Shown here: in pieces, positions 1-13,296 of the stretch
Position numbering within the stretch: position 1 is the first letter of the stretch
Layout of the letters: each line of letters starts with the position of its first letter
DNA from: a phage
Sequence record: PZ402301.1
Length of the DNA stretch: 64,000 nt
Reading direction: 5' to 3' (one strand)
Notes under the pieces: model-generated
The model's database searches: none
What the model saw: the letters and a program-made list of their open reading frames with translations, nothing else
What the model was told of the DNA's origin: nothing
Made by a program: the position numbers and the translations under genes

Positions 1-2314
<2,314 letters not shown>

Positions 2315-2342
2315 TATTAAAGCATATTAAAGAGGATTAAAA

Positions 2343-4322
2343 ATGACTTTATTATCTCCGGGCATTGAGCTCAAAGAAACTACGGTTCAAAGCACCGTGG
2401 TTAATAACTCTACTGGTACAGCAGCTTTGGCCGGTAAATTCCAGTGGGGTCCTGCTTTTCAGATCAAACAGGTTACAAATGAAGTAGATTTAGTTAATAC
2501 TTTTGGTCAACCTACAGCTGAAACTGCTGACTATTTTATGTCTGCAATGAATTTCTTACAATATGGAAATGATTTGCGAGTTGTGCGTGCTGTCGATAGA
2601 GATACCGCTAAAAACTCATCTCCGATTGCTGGTAATATTGAATACACTATTTCTACCCCAGGTAGTAACTACGCGGTTGGAGATAAAATCACAGTTAAGT
2701 ATGTTTCAGAAGACATTGAAACGGAAGGTAAAATTACCGAAGTAGATGCTGATGGAAAAATTAAGAAAATTAATATTCCTACTGCAAAAATTATCGCTAA
2801 AGCGAAAGAAGTCGGTGAATATCCAGCATTAGGTTCTAACTGGACCGCGGAAATTTCTTCGTCTTCCTCTGGTTTAGCTGCAGTAATAACTCTTGGAAAA
2901 ATTATTACTGATTCCGGTATTTTATTAGCTGAAATTGAAAATGCTGAAGCTGCTATGACAGCTGTTGACTTTCAGACAAATCTCGAAAAATATGGAATTC
3001 CAGGAGTAGTAGCTCTTTATCCAGGCGAGTTGGGCGATAAAATCGAAATTGAAATCGTATCTAAAGCTGACTACGCAAAAGGTGCTTCTGCATTACTCCC
3101 AATTTATCCAGGTGGCGGAACACGCGCATCTACTGCTAAGGCAGTGTTTGGATATGGACCACAAACTGATTCACAATACGCTATTATAGTTCGCCGTAAT
3201 GATGCTATTGTTCAAAGTATTGTTCTTTCAACAAAGCGTGGTGAAAAAGACATTTATGACAGTAACATCTATATTGATGACTTTTTCGCAAAAGGCGGTT
3301 CAGAATATATTTTCGCAACTGCACAAAACTGGCCAGAAGGATTCTCCGGAATTTTAACTCTGTCTGGTGGATTATCGTCAAATGCTGAAGTAACAGCAGG
3401 AGATTTGATGGAAGCCTGGGACTTCTTTGCTGACCGTGAATCTGTTGACGTTCAGTTGTTTATTGCGGGTTCTTGTGCCGGTGAATCTTTAGAAACAGCA
3501 TCTACTGTCCAAAAACACGTCGTTTCAATTGGGGATGCTCGTCAAGATTGCTTAGTATTATGCTCACCACCGCGTGAAACTGTAGTTGGAATTCCTGTAA
3601 CTCGCGCTGTTGATAACTTAGTCAATTGGAGAACTGCAACAGGTTCATACACTGATAATAACTTTAATATCAGTTCAACCTACGCAGCAATTGATGGTAA
3701 CTACAAGTATCAGTATGACAAATATAATGATGTGAATCGTTGGGTTCCATTAGCAGCTGATATTGCTGGTTTATGTGCAAGAACCGATAACGTTTCTCAG
3801 ACTTGGATGTCTCCAGCTGGTTATAATCGTGGTCAGATTCTTAACGTTATTAAACTTGCTATTGAAACTCGCCAAGCTCAGCGTGACCGTTTATATCAAG
3901 AAGCTATCAACCCGGTAACCGGTACAGGTGGTGATGGTTACGTATTGTATGGTGATAAAACAGCTACTTCTGTTCCTTCTCCATTTGATCGTATTAATGT
4001 TCGTCGTCTGTTTAATATGTTGAAAACGAATATCGGACGTAGTTCAAAATATCGTTTGTTCGAATTAAACAACGCGTTTACTCGTTCATCATTCCGCACA
4101 GAAACTGCCCAATACTTACAGGGAATTAAAGCTCTCGGTGGAATTTATGAATATCGTGTAGTTTGCGATACAACAAATAACACTCCGTCAGTAATTGATA
4201 GAAATGAGTTTGTTGCAACATTCTACATCCAACCGGCTAGAAGCATTAACTACATTACCTTGAACTTCGTAGCAACTGCTACAGGTGCAGATTTCGATGA
4301 GTTAACTGGTCTTGCAGGTTAA
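2343..4322 (+). CDS. 18: tail sheath protein gp18
   Basis: 659 aa, same as T4 gp18; gene order 17-18-19. Confidence 0.93.
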   Translation: MTLLSPGIELKETTVQSTVVNNSTGTAALAGKFQWGPAFQIKQVTNEVDLVNTFGQPTAETADYFMSAMNFLQYGNDLRVVRAVDRDTAKNSSPIAGNIEYTISTPGSNYAVGDKITVKYVSEDIETEGKITEVDADGKIKKINIPTAKIIAKAKEVGEYPALGSNWTAEISSSSSGLAAVITLGKIITDSGILLAEIENAEAAMTAVDFQTNLEKYGIPGVVALYPGELGDKIEIEIVSKADYAKGASALLPIYPGGGTRASTAKAVFGYGPQTDSQYAIIVRRNDAIVQSIVLSTKRGEKDIYDSNIYIDDFFAKGGSEYIFATAQNWPEGFSGILTLSGGLSSNAEVTAGDLMEAWDFFADRESVDVQLFIAGSCAGESLETASTVQKHVVSIGDARQDCLVLCSPPRETVVGIPVTRAVDNLVNWRTATGSYTDNNFNISSTYAAIDGNYKYQYDKYNDVNRWVPLAADIAGLCARTDNVSQTWMSPAGYNRGQILNVIKLAIETRQAQRDRLYQEAINPVTGTGGDGYVLYGDKTATSVPSPFDRINVRRLFNMLKTNIGRSSKYRLFELNNAFTRSSFRTETAQYLQGIKALGGIYEYRVVCDTTNNTPSVIDRNEFVATFYIQPARSINYITLNFVATATGADFDELTGLAG

Positions 4323-4338
4323 TACGGTGCATTCTAAA

Positions 4339-4356
4339 GGCCTGTTTCGGCAGGCC
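4339..4356 (+). terminator. intercistronic GC stem-loop after gene 18 (GGCCUG..CAGGCC)
   Basis: 6-bp GC-rich inverted repeat 17 nt after gene 18 stop; no U-run, so more likely attenuator or processing structure than strong terminator. Confidence 0.35.
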
Positions 4357-4357
4357 A

Positions 4358-4365
4358 TATAAATA
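4358..4365 (+). promoter_or_regulatory. late promoter box TATAAATA (distal, gene 19)
   Basis: Exact TATAAATA immediately 3' of the hairpin. Confidence 0.4.
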
Positions 4366-4416
4366 CACTATATCCTTAATTCTTTAATTCTATATGCCCT
4401 AGGTTAAACATAGGGA

Positions 4417-4424
4417 TATAAATA
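4417..4424 (+). promoter_or_regulatory. late promoter box TATAAATA (proximal, gene 19)
   Basis: Exact TATAAATA 15 nt upstream of gene 19 ATG. Confidence 0.5.
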
Positions 4425-4438
4425 CTACAGAGGCTAAT

Positions 4439-4930
4439 ATGTTTGTAGATGATGTAACACGAGCGTTTGAATCTGGTGATTTTGCTCGACCTAACTTATT
4501 CCAAGTAGAAATTTCTTATCTTGGACAAAATTTTACGTTTCAATGTAAAGCCACTGCTTTACCAGCTGGTATTGTAGAAAAAATTCCAGTCGGATTTATG
4601 AACCGTAAAATTAACGTAGCAGGCGATCGTACATTCGATGACTGGACTATTACAGTAATGAATGATGAGGCGCATGATGCACGCCAGAAGTTTGTTGACT
4701 GGCAAAGCATTGCTGCTGGGCAAGGAAACGAAATTACTGGTGGAAAACCAGCAGAGTATAAAAAGAGTGCTATTGTACGCCAATATGCTCGTGACGCTAA
4801 AACTGTAACAAAAGAAGTCGAAATTAAAGGCCTGTGGCCTACTAACGTGGGTGAACTTCAGTTAGATTGGGATTCAAACAATGAAATCCAAACCTTTGAA
4901 GTAACTCTCGCTCTCGATTATTGGGAATAA
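4439..4930 (+). CDS. 19: tail tube protein gp19
   Basis: 163 aa as in T4 gp19; follows sheath gene. Confidence 0.93.
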   Translation: MFVDDVTRAFESGDFARPNLFQVEISYLGQNFTFQCKATALPAGIVEKIPVGFMNRKINVAGDRTFDDWTITVMNDEAHDARQKFVDWQSIAAGQGNEITGGKPAEYKKSAIVRQYARDAKTVTKEVEIKGLWPTNVGELQLDWDSNNEIQTFEVTLALDYWE

Positions 4931-4937
4931 AATGAAT

Positions 4938-4951
4938 GGGGAGAAATCCCC
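4938..4951 (+). other. stem-loop GGGGA-GAAA-UCCCC (GNRA tetraloop) just after gene 19 stop
   Basis: 5-bp GC stem with GAAA loop, 8 nt downstream of gene 19 stop. Confidence 0.4.
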
Positions 4952-4962
4952 ATCCTGCTTAA

Positions 4963-6587
<1,625 letters not shown>

Positions 6588-6588
<1 letters not shown>

Positions 6589-6830
6589 TGGAAGGTTTAA
6601 TTGAAGCTATTAAATCAAACGACCTCGTAGCCGCTCGTAAATTATTTGCTGAAGCCATGGCTGCAAGAACGATTGATTTAATTAAAGAAGAAAAAATCGC
6701 TATCGCTCGTAATTTCTTAATCGAAGGTGAAGAACCTGAAGACGAAGATGATGACGAAGATGGTGATGATAAAGACGACAAAAAAGACAAAGACTCTGAC
6801 GAAGATGACGAAGACGAGGATGATGAATAA
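6588..6830 (+). CDS. 67: prohead core protein gp67 with poly-acidic C-terminal tail
   Basis: 80 aa; C-terminal 33 residues almost entirely D/E/K; start overlaps gene 20 stop (TAATG). Confidence 0.85.
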
Positions 6831-7255
6831 TGCTTCTGATCCCTGAAACTCATGAATTAGTTCTCGAGAATGTCGAAGCACTTATTCCTGAAGCACAGGG
6901 TCGCTTTGACGAATTGTCTTCTGCTTTAAATAAAGACGATATAAATACAATTGTCGAGAATATGCTTGATGATGAAACTGATTTAGCAGTTGCATTAGCT
7001 TCTATTAATGAAAACATGCCGTTAAATGAATTCATTGTTAAGCACGTTTCAGCTCGTGGTGAAATTACACGTACTAAAGATCGCAAAACACGCGAACGTA
7101 ATGCATTTCAAACCACTGGGCTGTCTAAAGCAAAACGTAGACAAATTGCTCGCAAAGCTACCAAAACGAAGATTGCCAATCCAGCAGGTCAATCTCGTGC
7201 TCAGCGTAAGCGTAAAAAAGCTCTTAAACGCCGTAAAGCATTAGGATTAAGCTAA
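6830..7255 (+). CDS. 68: prohead core protein gp68
   Basis: 141 aa, basic C-terminus; position between 67 and 21. Confidence 0.85.
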
Positions 7256-7893
7256 TGAATGAACCCCAATTACTAATTGAAACTTGGGGTCAACCTGGCG
7301 AAATTATTGATGGTGTGCCAATGCTCGAATCCCACGATGGAAAAGACTTAGGTTTAAAACCGGGTTTATACATCGAAGGAATATTCATGCAAGCAGAAGT
7401 CGTCAATAGAAATAAACGTCTTTATCCAAAACGCATATTAGAAAAAGCGGTAAAAGACTATATTAATGAGCAAGTTTTAACTAAACAAGCTCTCGGAGAA
7501 TTAAATCATCCTCCACGCGCTAATGTTGACCCGATGCAAGCCGCTATCATTATAGAAGATATGTGGTGGAAAGGAAATGACGTATACGGACGAGCTCGTG
7601 TTATTGAAGGTGACCACGGTCCTGGAGATAAATTAGCAGCTAATATTCGTGCCGGATGGATTCCAGGAGTTTCTTCTCGTGGATTAGGTTCATTGACTGA
7701 CACAAATAAAGGTTATCGTATCGTAAACGAAGGATTCAAATTAACTGTAGGTGTTGATGCAGTATGGGGTCCAAGTGCTCCAGATGCATGGGTAACTCCT
7801 AAGGAAATTACCGAATCACAGACGGCGGAAGCCGATACAAGTGCCGATGACGCCTATATGGCTCTCGCAGAGGCCATGAAAAAAGCGTTATAA
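7255..7893 (+). CDS. 21: prohead core scaffold and protease gp21
   Basis: 212 aa as T4 gp21; start overlaps gene 68 stop. Confidence 0.92.
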   Translation: MNEPQLLIETWGQPGEIIDGVPMLESHDGKDLGLKPGLYIEGIFMQAEVVNRNKRLYPKRILEKAVKDYINEQVLTKQALGELNHPPRANVDPMQAAIIIEDMWWKGNDVYGRARVIEGDHGPGDKLAANIRAGWIPGVSSRGLGSLTDTNKGYRIVNEGFKLTVGVDAVWGPSAPDAWVTPKEITESQTAEADTSADDAYMALAEAMKKAL

Positions 7894-7896
7894 ATA
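7889..7896 (+). promoter_or_regulatory. late promoter box TATAAATA upstream of gene 22
   Basis: Exact TATAAATA overlapping gene 21 stop codon, 28 nt before gene 22 ATG. Confidence 0.5.
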
Positions 7897-7923
7897 TTAT
7901 TATCTAAACAACAGGACTACAAA

Positions 7924-8733
7924 ATGCTTAAAGAACAACTGATTGCTGAAGCGCAAAAAATTGATGCTTCCGTTGCTCTTGATAGTATTTTCGAATCAGT
8001 TAATATTTCTCCGGAAGCAAAAGAAACTTTCGGCACTGTATTCGAAGCTACCGTCAAGCAGCACGCCGTTAAATTAGCTGAATCTCATATCGCTAAAATT
8101 GCTGAAAAAGCAGAAGAAGAAGTAGAAAAAAATAAAGAAGAAGCCGAAGAAAAAGCTGAGAAGAAAATCGCTGAGCAAGCTTCTAAATTCATCGACCATC
8201 TTGCGAAAGAATGGCTCGCTGAAAATAAATTAGCAGTTGATAAAGGCATCAAAGCCGAACTGTTTGAATCCATGCTTGGTGGATTAAAAGAGCTCTTTGT
8301 TGAACACAACGTTGTTGTTCCAGAAGAATCAGTTGATGTTGTGGCTGAAATGGAAGAAGAGCTGCAAGAACATAAAGAAGAATCAGCTCGTCTGTTCGAA
8401 GAACTCAATAAGCGTGACGCATATATCAATTATGTGCAGCGTGAAGTGGCATTGAGCGAAAGTACTAAAGATCTGACTGAGTCTCAAAAAGAAAAAGTCT
8501 CTGCTCTGGTCGAAGGTATGGATTATTCAGATGAATTCTCAAATAAATTGAGTGCCATCGTAGAAATGGTGAAGAAGTCTAATAAAGATGAAAGCACTAT
8601 TACTGAGGGTATAAATACTCCTGATACTGAAGCAGCCGGACTGAATTTCGTCACTGAAGCTGTAGAAGATAAAGCTGCACCTGGTGCAGAAGATATTGTA
8701 AGTGTATATGCGAAAGTCGCATCTCGTTTCTAA
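7924..8733 (+). CDS. 22: major prohead scaffolding core protein gp22
   Basis: 269 aa, highly acidic and helical composition; T4 gp22 length. Confidence 0.92.
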   Translation: MLKEQLIAEAQKIDASVALDSIFESVNISPEAKETFGTVFEATVKQHAVKLAESHIAKIAEKAEEEVEKNKEEAEEKAEKKIAEQASKFIDHLAKEWLAENKLAVDKGIKAELFESMLGGLKELFVEHNVVVPEESVDVVAEMEEELQEHKEESARLFEELNKRDAYINYVQREVALSESTKDLTESQKEKVSALVEGMDYSDEFSNKLSAIVEMVKKSNKDESTITEGINTPDTEAAGLNFVTEAVEDKAAPGAEDIVSVYAKVASRF

Positions 8734-8751
8734 TTTTAAAGGTTAACACAA

Positions 8752-10317
8752 ATGACTATCAAAACTAAAGCTGAACTTTTGAACAAATGGAAGCCATTAC
8801 TGGAAGGTGAAGGTTTACCGGAAATTGCTAATAGCAAACAAGCGATTATCGCTAAAATCTTTGAAAACCAGGAAAAAGATTTCCAGACAGCTCCAGAGTA
8901 CAAAGACGAAAAAATCGCCCAGGCGTTCGGTTCTTTCTTAACAGAAGCTGAAATCGGTGGTGACCATGGTTACAATGCTACTAACATCGCTGCTGGTCAG
9001 ACTTCTGGCGCAGTAACTCAGATTGGCCCAGCTGTTATGGGTATGGTACGTCGTGCTATTCCTAACCTGATTGCTTTCGATATTTGCGGCGTTCAGCCGA
9101 TGAACAGCCCGACTGGTCAGGTATTCGCACTGCGCGCAGTATATGGTAAAGACCCAATCGCTGCCGGTGCTAAAGAAGCATTCCACCCAATGTATGGTCC
9201 AGATGCAATGTTCTCTGGTCAGGGTGCTGCTAAGAAATTCGCAGCTTTGAAAGCAAGTGATACTCTTGAAGTTGGAACTATTTACACCCACTTCTTCCAG
9301 GACACTGGTACTGTGTATCTGCAAGCTACAGAAGCTAAACAAATTGATTCCACTGCATCTGACGCAGCTAAATTAGATGCTGAAATTAAGAAACAAATGG
9401 AAGCTGGCGTACTGGTAGAAATCGCTGAAGGTATGGCTACTTCTATCGCTGAACTTCAGGAAAGTTTCAATGGTTCTACCGATAATCCATGGAATGAAAT
9501 GGGCTTCCGTATCGATAAACAAGTTATCGAAGCTAAATCTCGTCAGCTGAAAGCTGCTTACTCTATCGAATTAGCACAAGACCTCCGCGCTGTTCACGGT
9601 ATGGATGCTGATGCTGAACTGTCTGGTATTCTGGCTACCGAAATCATGCTGGAAATCAACCGTGAAGTTGTTGATTGGATTAACTACTCAGCTCAGGTTG
9701 GTAAATCTGGTATGACCCTGACTCCGGGTTCTAAAGCTGGTGTATTTGACTTCCAGGATCCGATTGATATTCGTGGTGCTCGCTGGGCGGGTGAATCCTT
9801 TAAAGCTCTGTTGTTCCAGATTGACAAAGAAGCAGTTGAAATTGCTCGTCAGACCGGTCGTGGTGAAGGTAACTTCATTATCGCTTCCCGTAACGTAGTT
9901 AACGTTCTGGCTTCAGTTGATACTGGCATTTCTTATGCTGCACAGGGTCTGGCTACCGGCTTTAACACTGATACTACCAAGTCAGTATTTGCTGGTGTTC
10001 TGGGTGGTAAATACCGTGTATATATCGACCAGTATGCTAAACAGGATTATTTCACTGTAGGTTATAAAGGTCCGAACGAAATGGATGCTGGTATTTACTA
10101 TGCTCCATATGTAGCTCTGACTCCGCTGCGTGGTTCCGATCCGAAGAACTTCCAACCAGTAATGGGATTCAAAACTCGTTACGGTATCGGTATCAACCCA
10201 TTTGCAGAATCCGCTGCTCAGGCTCCGGCTTCTCGCATCCAGAGCGGTATGCCTTCTATTCTGAATAGCCTTGGTAAAAACGCTTACTTCCGCCGTGTAT
10301 ATGTTAAAGGTATCTAA
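8752..10317 (+). CDS. 23: major capsid protein gp23
   Basis: 521 aa as T4 gp23; strongly biased codon usage typical of a highly expressed gene. Confidence 0.95.
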   Translation: MTIKTKAELLNKWKPLLEGEGLPEIANSKQAIIAKIFENQEKDFQTAPEYKDEKIAQAFGSFLTEAEIGGDHGYNATNIAAGQTSGAVTQIGPAVMGMVRRAIPNLIAFDICGVQPMNSPTGQVFALRAVYGKDPIAAGAKEAFHPMYGPDAMFSGQGAAKKFAALKASDTLEVGTIYTHFFQDTGTVYLQATEAKQIDSTASDAAKLDAEIKKQMEAGVLVEIAEGMATSIAELQESFNGSTDNPWNEMGFRIDKQVIEAKSRQLKAAYSIELAQDLRAVHGMDADAELSGILATEIMLEINREVVDWINYSAQVGKSGMTLTPGSKAGVFDFQDPIDIRGARWAGESFKALLFQIDKEAVEIARQTGRGEGNFIIASRNVVNVLASVDTGISYAAQGLATGFNTDTTKSVFAGVLGGKYRVYIDQYAKQDYFTVGYKGPNEMDAGIYYAPYVALTPLRGSDPKNFQPVMGFKTRYGIGINPFAESAAQAPASRIQSGMPSILNSLGKNAYFRRVYVKGI

Positions 10318-10332
10318 TCTTTGACGATTTAA

Positions 10333-10361
10333 GGGACCTTCGGGTCCCTTTAGTTGTTTTT
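10333..10361 (+). terminator. rho-independent terminator after gene 23: GGGACC-UUCG-GGUCCC followed by U-rich tract
   Basis: 6-bp GC stem closing a C(UUCG)G tetraloop 16 nt after gene 23 stop, followed by TTTAGTTGTTTTT. Confidence 0.7.
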
Positions 10362-10365
10362 ATGG

Positions 10366-10373
10366 TATAAATA
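10366..10373 (+). promoter_or_regulatory. late promoter box TATAAATA upstream of gene 24
   Basis: Exact TATAAATA 28 nt upstream of gene 24 ATG. Confidence 0.5.
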
Positions 10374-10400
10374 AATCATATAAACCAAAAGGAAAGCGCA

Positions 10401-11684
10401 ATGGCTAAAATCAACGAACTTCTGCGCGAATCAACCACAACGAATAGCAACTCAATCGGTCGCCCAAATCTCGTTGCTTTGACTCGCGCTACCACTAAAT
10501 TAATATATTCTGACATTGTAGCAACGCAAAGAACTAATCAACCTGTTGCTGCTTTTTATGGTATCAAATACCTTAACCCAGATAACGAATTTACATTTAA
10601 AACTGGTGCTACTTACGCTGGCGAAGCTGGGTACGTAGACCGAGAACAAATCACAGAATTAACAGAAGAGTCTAAATTAACTCTCAATAAAGGCGATTTA
10701 TTCAAATATAATAATATCGTTTATAAAGTATTAGAAGATACACCATTTGCTACCATTGAAGAAAGTGATTTAGAATTAGCTCTTCAGATTGCAATTGTTC
10801 TTTTAAAGGTTCGTCTATTTTCTGATGCTGCAGTAACAAGCAAATTTGAAAGCTCTGATAGCGAAATTGCGGATGCTAGATTCCAGATTAATAAATGGCA
10901 AACCGCTGTTAAATCTCGTAAACTTAAAACTGGCATCACAGTTGAATTAGCACAAGATTTAGAAGCAAATGGATTCGATGCTCCTAATTTCTTGGAAGAT
11001 TTGCTTGCAACTGAAATGGCGGATGAAATCAATAAAGATATTCTACAGTCTTTGATCACAGTATCAAAACGCTATAAAGTTACAGGAATTACTGATACCG
11101 GATTCATTGATTTGAGTTATGCATCTGCACCTGAAGCTGGTCGTTCATTATACCGAATGGTATGTGAAATGGTTTCGCATATCCAAAAAGAATCAACTTA
11201 TACAGCAACGTTCTGTGTTGCTTCAGCTCGTGCTGCCGCGATTCTTGCTGCATCAGGTTGGTTAAAACATAAACCAGAAGATGATAAATATCTTTCACAA
11301 AATGCCTACGGGTTCTTAGCTAATGGTTTACCGCTTTATTGCGATACCAACAGCCCATTAGATTATGTAATCGTCGGCGTAGTAGAAAATATTGGTGAAA
11401 AAGAAATTGTTGGATCAATTTTCTATGCTCCGTATACAGAAGGTCTTGACTTAGATGACCCTGAACATGTAGGTGCATTTAAAGTTGTAGTCGATCCAGA
11501 AAGTTTGCAGCCATCTATCGGTTTATTGGTTAGATATGCTTTATCTGCAAATCCTTACACTGTAGCAAAAGATGAAAAAGAAGCAAGAATAATTGATGGT
11601 GGAGACATGGATAAAATGGCGGGTCGTTCAGATTTGTCTGTTTTATTAGGTGTTAAGCTACCAAAAATTATCGTTGATGAATAA
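10401..11684 (+). CDS. 24: capsid vertex protein gp24
   Basis: 427 aa as T4 gp24; paralog-like relation to gp23 expected. Confidence 0.92.
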   Translation: MAKINELLRESTTTNSNSIGRPNLVALTRATTKLIYSDIVATQRTNQPVAAFYGIKYLNPDNEFTFKTGATYAGEAGYVDREQITELTEESKLTLNKGDLFKYNNIVYKVLEDTPFATIEESDLELALQIAIVLLKVRLFSDAAVTSKFESSDSEIADARFQINKWQTAVKSRKLKTGITVELAQDLEANGFDAPNFLEDLLATEMADEINKDILQSLITVSKRYKVTGITDTGFIDLSYASAPEAGRSLYRMVCEMVSHIQKESTYTATFCVASARAAAILAASGWLKHKPEDDKYLSQNAYGFLANGLPLYCDTNSPLDYVIVGVVENIGEKEIVGSIFYAPYTEGLDLDDPEHVGAFKVVVDPESLQPSIGLLVRYALSANPYTVAKDEKEARIIDGGDMDKMAGRSDLSVLLGVKLPKIIVDE

Positions 11685-11690
11685 AACAAA

Positions 11691-11706
11691 GGGACCTTTC
11701 GGTCCC
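11691..11706. terminator. bidirectional terminator hairpin between convergent genes 24 and rnlB
   Basis: GGGACC-TTTC-GGTCCC lies exactly between the two stop codons (11682-11684 and 11714-11716), with A-run 5' and T-run 3'; reads as GAAA tetraloop on the minus transcript. Confidence 0.65.
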
Positions 11707-11713
11707 TTTTTAT

Positions 11714-12718
11714 TTAACTCACTAATTCAATCCAAGCCGGACGAAGTACATCTTGTACCATTTTAACTAATTCCTTTTTAATCAAAGAAGGATTATCCGC
11801 TTGAGTTAAAGTAATACCTTCACGAGAAGTTTCTTCCAAAATATCTTGAACAGTTAGTCCCATCACCTTTCCAAAATCTTTTGGACCAATTTCGCCAATT
11901 TTAGAAATAACGTTATTTACCCGGTTCAGTGTAACGTAGCAAGCTAAAATTCCCAGCAATTTATTATCAGCTTCTGACAGCTCAACTTTAGCTTTAATAG
12001 GCTTATCAGACTTTTTCTTTTCACTAAATTTAGAGTTCTTGCATTTAATAGCTACACGATTTCCGTTAGGCATCCAAGAAGGATAACAAGGTTTCAATAC
12101 ATAACCTTCAGCGGTAAATACTTCACCTTTTGCTTCGGCATTCCAAACGCATTTATTTGCATCAACTAATCCAGCGTGATCTACCGTAAAATTATAATCC
12201 TGGACGACAGAATCTAAATCATTTGGCAATTTAATAAGTTCTTCAAATTTACCACGACCCAAAAGTGGAGCCATTTTAAATTTGAATGTATTACAGAATG
12301 ATTCCATCATATAATCATCGACATAAGTCACATCACCACTTTCGGTAGTAACAATAATGTCAAATACATAAAAATCTTTATCGCCATAATCGACATTCTT
12401 CTGAATACCAGGCCCAGCGAATTCACCGAAGACTTGATAAGATACAACTGCTGAAGTTTCCATAATATCTTGCACTGCTTTAATGGAATCAGCATAATTC
12501 TTTAAAATAATTTCATACCCAAAGAAATCTTCAGCAGGAAGAATCGGTCCAGTACGTTTAGCACAAGTTGCTTTATCGCGCTCAATAATTAATGAGAAAT
12601 TTGTACCATGAATCTTTTCACGAGCTACCCATTCGCCGCCAGTCAATCCTAAACTATAAAGTTTTTCAATGAATTTAGAATTGTAATGATTTTCAAGACT
12701 GCTATACTTTTTAAACAT
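11714..12718 (-). CDS. rnlB: RNA ligase 2 (Rnl2)
   Basis: 334 aa as T4 Rnl2 (gene 24.1); [17 protein letters not shown]-terminus recalled. Confidence 0.9.
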   Translation of the reverse strand: MFKKYSSLENHYNSKFIEKLYSLGLTGGEWVAREKIHGTNFSLIIERDKATCAKRTGPILPAEDFFGYEIILKNYADSIKAVQDIMETSAVVSYQVFGEFAGPGIQKNVDYGDKDFYVFDIIVTTESGDVTYVDDYMMESFCNTFKFKMAPLLGRGKFEELIKLPNDLDSVVQDYNFTVDHAGLVDANKCVWNAEAKGEVFTAEGYVLKPCYPSWMPNGNRVAIKCKNSKFSEKKKSDKPIKAKVELSEADNKLLGILACYVTLNRVNNVISKIGEIGPKDFGKVMGLTVQDILEETSREGITLTQADNPSLIKKELVKMVQDVLRPAWIELVS

Positions 12719-12727
12719 AATTAATCC

Positions 12728-13006
12728 TCAAAATGTAATTTCTAACCAATCACCATCACGCTGATCACTATTGACTTTAAAGCTAAATCCTTCTTTTCTC
12801 AGCCAATCACCAATTTCTTCAGTAATCAATTTATCGCGAGCAGTACAATAATAACTAAAATATGTTTTACCTTGTTCAGCTGCTTTATTAGCAAGTTCCG
12901 AAAAATCTTTAATAAAACACTCTAGTTTAAACTGTTTACTTTTAAGTGCTTTTTCGCGTAATTGATTAGCGAAAGATTCATTTTCATAAAGATCATACTG
13001 TTCCAT
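12728..13006 (-). CDS. 24.2: hypothetical protein (positional 24.2)
   Basis: 92-aa ORF with ATG start, tight spacing to neighbours. Confidence 0.6.
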   Translation of the reverse strand: MEQYDLYENESFANQLREKALKSKQFKLECFIKDFSELANKAAEQGKTYFSYYCTARDKLITEEIGDWLRKEGFSFKVNSDQRDGDWLEITF

Positions 13007-13208
13007 TTTTCACCTTTTTATTAATATGTCTTTTTCTATAGACAACTTTTTCTCGAGTCTCAAATTTATTCTTAGCAGTCATAGCTCGAGCCCATAATAC
13101 AGCCACTTCTTTTGCCTGTAAGTTCAATTCACGAGCAATTTCAATGAATGACTTTCCAGACTCATGGAGCGTAAACACCACAACCTCAGTTCTCATAATC
13201 AATCTCAT
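12993..13208 (-). CDS. 24.3: hypothetical small protein with helix-turn-helix-like segment (positional 24.3)
   Basis: 71-aa ORF, ATG verified; segment SGKSFIEIARELNLQAKEV resembles an HTH; overlaps 24.2 by 14 nt. Confidence 0.55.
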   Translation of the reverse strand: MRLIMRTEVVVFTLHESGKSFIEIARELNLQAKEVAVLWARAMTAKNKFETREKVVYRKRHINKKVKNGTV

Positions 13209-13277
13209 GTTATCGAGTTGGTGCCATTATATACATCGTTTTCTGATTGTGTTTTGTGTGCTTTCAAAATGAAGAAA

Positions 13278-13291
13278 GGGGCCGAAGCCCC
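13278..13291 (-). terminator. GGGGC-UUCG-GCCCC hairpin downstream of hoc on the minus transcript
   Basis: On minus strand reads GGGGCUUCGGCCCC followed by UUUCUUCAUUUU; 6 nt after hoc stop. Confidence 0.55.
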
Positions 13292-13296
13292 TGATA

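Noticed and set aside
8085-8429. 114-aa Ser-rich minus-strand ORF
   Set aside because: Antisense to the scaffold gene 22 (GAA/GCT-rich); no start context and fully embedded in a confident gene
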